Below are positions 55,329 to 64,000 of a stretch of 64,000 nt of DNA, piece by piece; the stretch's first letter is position 1; the number at the start of each line of letters is the position of its first letter. This DNA is from Macrostomum lignano (taxonomy: Eukaryota), in NCBI GenBank assembly GCA_002269645.1, contig NIVC01000421.1, positions 62,001 through 126,000 on the forward strand. Direction: 5' to 3'. The notes under the pieces are model-generated. The model was not told the DNA's origin and did no database searches. It saw only the letters and a list, made by a program, of their open reading frames with translations. Position numbers and translations under genes: made by a program.

Positions 55329-56805
55329 TATCTAGACCCCATCAGTGACCCCCGGGTCATAACTAGACCCCATCAGTGACCCCCGGGTCATAACTAGACC
55401 CCATCAGTGACCCCCCTGTTATAACTAGACCCCATCAGTGACTCGGTTACAACTAGACCCCATCAGTGACTCCAGTTATAACTAAACCCGTCAGTGACCC
55501 CCCCCCCCGGTTAGCAGTAGAAAAACCACGCTATTTTTCCCATGGGAAAAGACCATGGGGTGTATTACAAATACACACGACCCATTTCACGATAGCTCGC
55601 AAACCGAATTACCAATTTTCGTAAAAGTCCACCATATGGATCAAAATTTTCCGCCCTTTCCGACGAACTAACTTCAAAGTCATCCGACGTCAGCATCGTC
55701 GAGATATTCAACGATTCTTACCGAAGACACTGGTGATAAGGACAACCAACACTACACTGTATAAACCCTTATGGTGAATCCTTATTGGCCCAATATTCTG
55801 GGTCCATCTGTCATAGAGGCCTTTGCTCTCAGCATCACAGGCACCAGGGTCCCCTTCATCACCGTCTGGAGCATCGGCGGTGACCGTCGGGACCTACGTT
55901 ACAACAAAAGCACCCGATCGGCATCGCAGAGACGGCTGCGTTCCCAAAACTGAAATGGAAGAATCCTCTTCTGCATGCAGCATTCAGTCAGTAGACACAA
56001 TCGGTGAATGAAATGGACGACGGCGACCCTCTAGGCTGACCTGTAGACATACAGGCGACCTTCGGAACCTTCAACGGAGTGCCACCAAGCGGCCCTGACG
56101 AGCGGGCACCCCAACAACGTGATTTTTCTATCAAGGCACCAAACCTGGTATGTCTGTATATTATACAATGCTTTTGCACCATGTTAAATTTGAGAGTTTA
56201 CTTCAATTGGTGCCTTGATATAAAAAAATAAAATGCTTTAATATCATTTTTGACATGCTGTAATATCATTTTTGACATGCTGTAAAATCATTTTTGAGAA
56301 ATTAATTTTTTTTTATTTTTTAGTCGCCAGTTAAATCTGTAACTATCCAATTTAACATGGTGCAAGAGCATTGTATAATATGCCTTGATAGAAAAATGTG
56401 TCTACAGTGTCCACTGTGTCTACTGAAATGTGTCTACTCAGTCCACTGTGCTGAGAAAAAAAGTTCCTGCGACTGATATGAATAGTTTGTTGAGCCGATG
56501 TGGTTTCATGATGAAATTTTGTGAACAGAAAAAAATTTGCCAATGTTTGTGATTTTTGCCACCAGACACCCCGAGGAGAATCGTTGAATGTCTCAACGAT
56601 GCCGAATTTTCGTGATTCTCGAAGTTGCTTCATTGAATAGAGCGGAAAAATTTAGGCCGTGTTCTGGATTTTCATGGCAATTGGTTGAATATTTTTGGAG
56701 ATCCAGACAAAGGAATAATGTGTGTATCTGAAATACACCCCCATGGTCTTTCTACTGTTAACTAGACCCCATCAGTGACCCAGGTTATAACTAGACCCCA
56801 TCAGA
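55329..56805. repeat. 31-bp minisatellite (actagaccccatcagtgacccc...) split into 55329-55513 and 56758-56805 by an inserted element
   Basis: The same unit resumes directly after the insertion. Confidence 0.85.
55515..56757. mobile_element. 1.24-kb non-autonomous or decayed DNA transposon with CAGTAGAAA...GACCATGGGGGTGTATT TIRs
   Basis: Left cagtagaaa(...)aagaccatggggtgtattacaaatacaca; right tgtgtatctgaaatacacccccatggtctttctactg. Left TIR has a ~22-bp insertion; TSD and superfamily unclear; no intact ORF. Confidence 0.65.
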
Positions 56806-56862
56806 AACTAGCAATAACTCTGTTTATCTACAAGCTATACACTCGATAAACAACTAGAAAAC

Positions 56863-57357
56863 TCATCTGCAACCACTCTTAAACACAGCAGTCTTGTTGA
56901 CAAGCCGGTGAACGTTGGTCTGCTCATCGGGCACCCAAAGCCTCCAGCCATTCTCAGTTTGAGTCAGATCGTTGAGCTGCACCACCAGCTGGCAAAACCA
57001 GACGCTAAAAGAAGTCTTCAAAGTGCGCACCGCCCCGCAGCCCATTATGGTGCAGGCGCTGAGGCACTGGAACTCTTGCCCACACTTGACAGTTGATGAA
57101 GCATTCAAAAACGGATTATTGATGGACTCCTTGAATTTTACAGAGCCGGTCAACTCGGTATAGGTGCGCCCGAGACTTCTCTCAGAAGCCGAGCAGAAAC
57201 CTGGGCAAACAGTAATTATTAGAGAGTTTTGCGATGTTGTTTTTTGTGATAAAAGACTTGAACGATCCTGTCTACAGACAAGTGACTTACCGATAATGGA
57301 AAATATTAGCAGACTTTGAAAAAGCGATCGGTGAGAACACATGGTAGACATAGTCAT
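56863..57357 (-). CDS. Secreted PAN/apple-like domain ORF (possibly first exon of the glycine-rich gene)
   Basis: Hydrophobic N-terminus (LFQSLLIFSIIGKSLVC), then FQCLSACTIMGCGAVR...WFCQL with PAN-like Cys spacing. Confidence 0.45.
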   Translation of the reverse strand: MTMSTMCSHRSLFQSLLIFSIIGKSLVCRQDRSSLLSQKTTSQNSLIITVCPGFCSASERSLGRTYTELTGSVKFKESINNPFLNASSTVKCGQEFQCLSACTIMGCGAVRTLKTSFSVWFCQLVVQLNDLTQTENGWRLWVPDEQTNVHRLVNKTAVFKSGCR

Positions 57358-57499
57358 TGTATAGCTTGATTAGGACAGTGTAGCTTTGTGATATAATGGC
57401 GAATTAAAATTTCCTTTTGGGAAGTTTCTTATGGAAAGCAGGAACCTTAAGCAGCCAATCAGACGCTTCTCCCATCTGTTCCGATCCTGAGCTGCCTCT

Positions 57500-57760
57500 T
57501 GGCGCCCCCCTTTCCAGCAGGCTTGTAGCCCCCCCCTTCCAGCAGGCTTGGCGCCACCTCCTTCCAGCAGGCTTGGCGCCCCCCCCCTTCCAGCAGGCTT
57601 GGCGCCCCCCCCCTTCCAGCAGGCTTGGCGCCCCCCCCCCTTTCCAGCAGGCTTGCCCCCCCCTTTCCAGCAGGCTTGCCCCCCTTTCCAGCAGGCTTGC
57701 CCCCTCCTTTCCAGCAGGCTTGGCGCCCCCCTCCTTTCCAGCAGGCTTGGTGCCCTCCCC
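57500..57760. repeat. C-rich variable-length minisatellite (ttccagcaggcttggcgccccc...)
   Basis: About 10 units differing in poly-C length. Confidence 0.9.
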
Positions 57761-58203
57761 TGAGACGTGCCCCCTTCCAATCAGAAATCCTGGCTAAAAC
57801 TCTGAAGCGATAATAGAGCAAATTTGAGTTTACCTGAAATCTCTTTAACTGAAAATTGAACAAATACTGACGTAAAGAATCTATTTGCAGCTTGCAGCAA
57901 ATCGTTAGGAATGAACAACACAATGCAGGACTGCTAGATCAGCAGCTTCATGCAGTCGTCTAACTCGAGTCGTAGCGGCGTCCATGCTCGGCCCAACTCG
58001 GTTGGCTGGGTTCCGCACGTTCGAGGTGGAAGCTACGCCATCATCTATCGCTTCGTCGCCGTTCTGTTTGGCAGCCTCAGGCGGGTCAGCAGGATTGCGG
58101 TGCACGCTGAAGCCACCGGCAACCGATCCAGCTGTCTGAATGTTTATAAAACGATGGACGGTCGAACGTTTGCGCTGGTTGGAACGGTGAGTTTTCGGTT
58201 ATA

Positions 58204-59479
58204 TTGGGGTGAGCCAAAAGTTTCCGGAATTTGAACAATTTAAAACTATAACAAATAGTGTCAAGAACAAACAGTTTACAGCAATGTGATGTAGTTGCCA
58301 TTCAAGGCCCTGACCCTCTCCCATCTTGCTGGCAATGCCTCAATCCCCTCCCTCCAGAAGCTCGCAGGCTTTGAATCAATCCATTTCTGCACTGCCTGCT
58401 CCACATGTTGCTTGTTGGCAAACCGCTGTCCATCACAAAAGCTCTGGAGAGACCTGAACACATGGTAGTCGCATGGCGAGAGGTCTGGCGAGTATGGTGG
58501 GTGGGGCAAAACACTGAAGCCCAGGCTTGCCAGCTTGGCCTGGGTGAGTCTTGCTTTGTGAGGCCGCGCATTGTCGAAGAGGAGCACCTTGTCGCGGTGG
58601 CCCGGGCACACGGATCGCAGCAAACGGGCGACCTGCTCCAGTTCGCTGCAGATCACCTCCGCGTTCACAGCCATGCCATGCGGGATGACCTCCCAGAAAA
58701 CAGGGCCAGACGAGCAGAACCAGAAAGAGAGCAGCTCCTTGCCGCAGTGGGGGTTCCGCATTGGGCAGCTGGGTGGTTCTTCAGAAGCATCGACCCAGAC
58801 GGCTGATGTGCTTGGGTTCTCATAGCAGACCCACTTCTCGTCTTGAGCGATTATCGACTTGAGAAAGTTTGGCGAACCGGCCTGGCGAAGATTCGAAGTT
58901 GCCACATCCACCCTGGCTCTCAGCTGCTGAGGTGTCAGCTCATGGGGCACCAGAGTTGGCTTCTTCGGCACCTTGTCCGCAGCATGCAGGCTCCGCCGGA
59001 CCGTGCCACAGGACACCCCAGTAGCAGCTGGCAGCTTGCGCACGCTGTAGTCCGGATTGTCCTCAAGGGCTTGGAGAACGGCATCGCCATCAGCAGCAGG
59101 GGGTCGGCCTGACCTCGGCTTGTCCTTCAGCTGATAGTTCTCCTCAGCAAAGCGAGAGAACCAGTCGTACACCGACGACTTGGAGGGTGCATGTGGGCCC
59201 ATCAGCTGCAACAACTCGCGATGTGCCTCTGCTGCGTTGCGTCCCGCATGAAAGTGGTTGAGCAGAATTGCTCGCCATTCAGTTCTTGGCAGTTCCATTG
59301 GATGCGTTTGCTGCCTTAAGTAGGCAGGGTCTGGGGAACTGAGCGATGTTAAGCTAAAGAGTGATGATAAGGCTGGCCAACAGCATAGTAGATGGTTGCT
59401 GCTTTTAAGCTTTTCCATAGACAAAAATTAGCTAAAAGTTCGATTCTAAAAAATTCCGGAAACTTTTGGCTCACCCTAA
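58204..59479 (-). mobile_element. Full-length mariner transposon (1276 bp) with TIRs and TA target duplication
   Basis: ta|ttggggtgagccaaaagtttccggaattt ... aaattccggaaacttttggctcaccctaa|ta; one mismatch in ~28 bp; intact transposase inside. Confidence 0.95.
58276..59298 (-). CDS. Mariner transposase, D,D34D, ~340 aa from MELPRTEW
   Basis: HTH (HFHAGRNAAEAHREL...WFSRF...LKDKPRSGRP), LVPHEL, IIAQDEKWV, LLFDNARPH, YSPDLSPCDY; 34 residues counted between the second and third Asp. Confidence 0.95.
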   Translation of the reverse strand: MELPRTEWRAILLNHFHAGRNAAEAHRELLQLMGPHAPSKSSVYDWFSRFAEENYQLKDKPRSGRPPAADGDAVLQALEDNPDYSVRKLPAATGVSCGTVRRSLHAADKVPKKPTLVPHELTPQQLRARVDVATSNLRQAGSPNFLKSIIAQDEKWVCYENPSTSAVWVDASEEPPSCPMRNPHCGKELLSFWFCSSGPVFWEVIPHGMAVNAEVICSELEQVARLLRSVCPGHRDKVLLFDNARPHKARLTQAKLASLGFSVLPHPPYSPDLSPCDYHVFRSLQSFCDGQRFANKQHVEQAVQKWIDSKPASFWREGIEALPARWERVRALNGNYITLL

Positions 59480-59539
59480 TACCATAGACCATATAAAATT
59501 GTGTTTGGTAGAACCCCTGAGCATTTCACAACCAGGATC

Positions 59540-59715
59540 TGAGGGAATTCCGCTGACTCCAGAGCACATGCAAAGGCTCCAATACTGTTACGCAAGCACG
59601 CACTCATGCACACGCTCACAAGGGGTGTACAGCTGCCCTTTTGAATTTCTGTGCCTTGGAGTCGTTGCCCGAGAGTCACACGAGTTTACAGCTGCTCCGA
59701 CCCTCAGACTGAGTA
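59540..59715 (-). mobile_element. Diverged fragment related to SINE family A
   Basis: Reverse complement contains aaagggcagctgtacaccccttgtgagcgtgtgcatgagtgcgtg...tgtgctctggagtcagcggaat. Confidence 0.5.
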
Positions 59716-60084
59716 CTATAAGAACTTATTAATAAAATTATATACCTGGTGTAGCTGTCTGACTTGTGTAAATAAGAATTCCATCTATACACAAACAGCT
59801 TTATCACAAGTTAATGTCCTTTGCCAATGAAATTCCTGATTAACCGTGGATTGCTTTACATAAAGAAAGCAGAAAACTTTGTCGCAACCCTTTATGCTTG
59901 TACTATTAAAACTTCAGTACACCATCGAGAACTTGTACATCGGAGACAATGCACTCCTAGTTCTGGACAGAACAGTCCTATTGCGGGGAATCCGGATTGG
60001 ACTTTGCGGAACAACTAGTTCTCTCTTCGGGGGGGGGGGGCATCTCTGAGTTAACACGTCCAACTCTCGAACCAAACTACCCTG

Positions 60085-60215
60085 ATTCGATTCAATTGAA
60101 CACATTCATTTGGGGCTTGTGTGCCCCCCAGTGGGTTGTCGTGCGATGGCACAGATCAGAGTGTATATGCCTGACGATTAGAAAGTCGGGATTGCTGTAC
60201 ACCTGCTAACACCTG
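60085..60215 (+). mobile_element. Short fragment related to SINE family A (head remnant + stem-loop core)
   Basis: gattcgattc...cacattcatttgggg...gagtgtatatgcctgacgattagaaagtcgggattgctgtacac. Confidence 0.5.
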
Positions 60216-60665
60216 CGTATCCATGACTTCTTTCTAACGCTCTGGCTGCGAGTCAGTCTCCAAACCTCATTGCTTAACTTAACTAAACTAATTTTCAACC
60301 TCTTCAGATCCCTATTAAGAACAGAAAAGTCTAGAGAAAAAAGTCAGTTGTAGCGTTTTGATTCGCACGAACAATGACACAAGCTCGGTGTACTATTACG
60401 ACTACATGCCAACCGGCGGTGCCACCTATTTGACTGGCAGGCATCGCTGCTTCAAAACCGAAAGTCGGAGCCCCAGAAAGTGGCAATGTTAGTCATTTTG
60501 ATTGTTTCTGTACTTCACAACAGCCAAACCCCCTAGCTAACAATGTCGTTCATATTCAGTAACGTGTGAAGGGACCAGCGAGCAAAAGTGCCCTTAAAGA
60601 TAGCGGCATCAGGGTCGTAGCCAGAATGATCTTTCCATTCCAAGGGCGCGTCTTTGGAGGGGGGC

Positions 60666-61277
60666 TTCAGCACCAGGGGTTTAAGCACCAGGGGATTTAG
60701 AACCAGGGGCTTTAGCACCAGGGGCGCCAGCACTAGGGGCGCCAGAACCAGGGGCGCCAGCACCAGGGGCGCTAGCACCAGGGGCGCCAGCACCAGGGGC
60801 GCTAGCACCAGGGGCGCCAGCACCAGGGGCGCCAGCACTAGGGGCGCCAGAACCAGGGGCGCCAGCACCAGGGGCGCTAGCACCAGGGGCGCCAGCACCA
60901 GGGGCGCCAGCACTAGGGGCGCCAGAACCAGGGGCGCCAGCACCAGGGGCGCCAGCACCAGGGGCGCCAGCACCAGGGGCGCCAGCACCAGGGGCGCTAG
61001 CACCAGGGGCGCCAGCACCAGGGGCGCCAGCACCAGGGGCGCTAGCACCAGGGGCGCCAGCACCAGGGGCGCCAGCACCAGGGGCGCTAGCACCAGGGGC
61101 GCCAGCACCAGGGGCGCCAGCACCAGGGGCGCCAGCACCAGGGGCGCCAGCACCAGGGGCGCCAGCACCAGGGGCGCCAGCACCAGGGGCGCCAGCACCA
61201 GGGGCGCCAGCACCAGGGGCGCTAGCACCAGGGGCGCCAGCACCAGGGGCGCCAGCACCAGGGGCGCCAGCACCAGT
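60666..61277. repeat. 15-bp minisatellite (gcaccaggggcgcca)n, ~40 copies, intronic
   Basis: Visible array; same core as 8568-8766. Confidence 0.97.
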
Positions 61278-62853
61278 TGACAAACTCCGAATTAGTGAGT
61301 TAGAGTTAATTAGGACGGTTCGCTGTTGCTGAGCTCATTTCTACAAGGTACGAGTATATTCGAGAAAACCTTTTAACAAATATTTCAGGCCTGGGACCCC
61401 GCCTCTCCAGAATCATTGGTTTCAGCACGCTAACAAAAATAATCCATGGTCAAACTGACGGACTCAATGAGCATCAGAACAATGGCAGTCGGCCAGTTAC
61501 TTACTTCGCTGAGAGCGCTGAAAACAATGATAACAGTTTATGGACCTACCTGGGTCCCAGTAATTATGAGGAGAGCGTACTGAAGCAGGGCAATAATTTT
61601 TTGGCAGCTCGACTCGACGAATGGAAGCTGGTCCCGGCCGTATTCGGTCCAGGAGTAACTGGGCAAGCGTGCAACTTGTACAGTCGCGGCAACTGGAGCG
61701 GTGAGTTGATAACTGTGTCAGTAATTACATGTGCGTGTTATATACTTCAGAGTCGTTACACTATGTCCAATAGCTATCAACAAAAATTCAGCGCAATAAA
61801 AACCATGCACAAACTACTTTTTGCAAGGAGCTACAGTAGCTTAGATGATTTTTATAATAAAAATCCCAATACTTTGTGAAAATCAGACTAATTAAGTAAT
61901 TATTTCCTATGCGTATTTCTGTAGCTTGAGACTTTTATCGTTTTCTAAGAAATAAAGTGCCGGGCCTTTATACCATGTACTTTTAGCGTTCTATTTAGCA
62001 CTCTTTTTGAACCCCCACAGATTTCCGAGTGCATGCAGTTTACTCCATCAGATCTCACCTCGAATTGTTCATAACTTTCAGTGTGCTACGATGGAATCTA
62101 TTATCAGGATGAAAATGTGCTGCCATGGAACGACTGCCCATTGTGTCCTACGAACTGATTCAAGATTTATAATCGCCTTATAATAACTATTTATATATAA
62201 TGAATCTGCACTTTTGATTCAATATTTATACACTGGCAGCAGACGTGTGTGCACATGTGCACTTATTAGTTAAAAGTGAGCACCTTGTGCGTTCATGGCA
62301 ACGCACATGGAAGTACTGTCCCAATTTGCATTGCTTACGAGCTATATTTTGCCTTTATTATCTGTACACCAACATGCAGGACAGGCCGAAAATGAACAAT
62401 GCACATGTGCAGTACATGATCAGCCAGTTGACTGCCAACCAGGTGTAGTTCAATCTATTATTTTTTCAAGGTTGCACGAGTATTAGGTATGCAAAACTTA
62501 CTACTGTAAGTGATAATCCACTTATGCTAGATTTTATTTTATAAATCAGAAATCTTTTGATCGAAATTTGAGCAAAAAAAAGAAAGCACACATTAGACTA
62601 CCAGCAGTAACTTTCCTGAAGATTATTGTTAAATCATAACTTTTCGAATTTTTTACTCAATAATTTTTTTTAATTTTAATAGTTTGAAAGGTTATCACGT
62701 AGGTCCATAATCAGTCAGAATCTTTCAGACAAGCAGAAACTGCTTTAGAAGGGACAAATATGAGTAATTAATTGGTCAATATAAACAGCAGCAAAGTTGG
62801 TTTCCTGCTTAATCTCAAATTGAGTTCAGAAAGATGGTTGCGATCCTTGGTTT

Positions 62854-63614
62854 TCAATCGAACGGTGAGACACACTGGCAGATCACGCGTTCACACTCGG
62901 ACTGTTGTCAGCGAAGTCGGACAGCAGCAGGCCGTGGTGATTATCGACGGCCGTGGCATTCTCGTACACCCCTCCGTTTGGCTCGGTGGCGGCCAAGAGA
63001 CCGCTGTCGATGCTAAGGCCGCACTTCGCCCAGGACCAGCTGCCGCCCGGCTGCTGGTGTCCGCCCAGCCACACGCTGGTCAGCGGCGATAGCGACTCGT
63101 TGCGCAGCTGGTCCAGGTGAGTGAGCTCAGCCAGGTCCACACCGTTCGCCATGATGGTCAGGTCGCCGTAGGACTCGCACCGCTGCTTGCTCAGCCACCA
63201 GTTTCCGCTGCCGTTGGCCGCTCCGTACTTCACTCCGCAGCGGCTGTGGCCAAAGCCGGACGGGCACAGCGAGCCCTCGGGCAGACCGGATCGCTGCTTC
63301 ACAAACAGCCGGCCGCGCTGTGAGCAGCCGCAGTCCGAGCGCACCGTCGGGCTGCAGGCGTCGAACACGTACAGCTGGCACGTACTGTCGTCGGAATCGT
63401 CGTCCGACCTGAAGGCTTGACAGCGCTGGTTTTCGCTGCACAGCATCGCGCACTGTCGAACGCCGTTAACACCGAGGTGCGTCTCGACAAACTCGCTGGC
63501 TATGCACAGGAAAGCGTCGGACACGGCCGAGTAGCTGCTGACGATGCCGCTAGTCAGAATTGGAGGCGGAACCCCCACCACGAACAGTAGAAGCAGCATC
63601 TTCATCTTGAGCAT
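62854..63614 (-). CDS. Secreted PAN/apple + C-type-lectin-like protein; ORF stops at 62883 but a 1-nt indel near 62888 would restore a VICQC ending at 62854
   Basis: Signal peptide MKMLLLLFVVGV; VRQCAMLCSENQRCQAF...STCQLY (PAN); NWWLSKQRCESYG, SVWLGG, WSW, EPNGG (CTL-like). Confidence 0.7.
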
Positions 63615-64000
63615 AGCTTTATTGCAGGGCTTTGCAGAGGCGCGGTTTCAATCCAAATGCAACTTAGTTCCGCCACTGGTACCACCCCATGCAGTGCTCA
63701 TGGGCATGAAATACGCGCAATGAGGCCAGAAAATATGTTATGCTTTGTTGCCAAGGTAACACAATTGGTTTCTGGGGAGGGGGAGAGAATGCTTCCAATA
63801 GATTAATCGATAAACTGGATGGTCTACTCTACAGTTAGCTGCGCAAAATGTTTTAGACAATTATATTTCCTGGACTGTAAATTGACCGTGGGGATGCAGA
63901 CAGCTGAGGTTGAGACGAGAGGACCGTTGGGATGATTTTTGAGCCAATTAAATATTCCTAGCTCTCTGATTAGATGGCATGTGTGATGAGAATTAATTCT

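Noticed and set aside
61313-61346. Extra mini-exon in the large secreted gene
   Set aside because: Direct splicing 60487 to 61389 is already phase-compatible (T|GC), and including this segment breaks the frame.

Overview
Eukaryotic, intron-containing, repeat-rich animal DNA. The GC-rich exons, minisatellite load and gene families look like a free-living flatworm such as Macrostomum; this is an inference, not a match. Host genes I could reconstruct by hand with GT-AG splice sites: a hydroxylysine kinase-like gene (-), an R7BP/R9AP-like RGS anchor (+), an MFSD8-like transporter (+), an SLC16-like transporter with one frameshift (+), an 8-exon metabotropic glutamate receptor (-), a long multi-exon secreted gene with a discoidin (F5/8C) domain and several lesions (46.0-62.2 kb, +), an antisense PAN-like ORF and an ALK/LTK-type glycine-rich domain nested inside it, and two PAN + C-type-lectin-like genes (one a pseudogene). 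Mobile DNA: an intact CACTA/EnSpm(CMC)-type transposase with a spliced second gene resembling a BEN-domain protein, a 5.5-kb EnSpm-like element with TIRs and a 2-bp TSD, an intact D,D34D mariner, MITEs and two tRNA-derived SINE families. There are also many micro-, mini- and satellite arrays. Most unusual signals: a ~2.5-kb island almost devoid of CpG inside the EnSpm-like element, a ~50-bp cassette present in both orientations among copies of one SINE family, the BEN-like accessory gene, and the nested antisense gene arrangement. All splice models, counts and domain calls were made by eye, without database searches.
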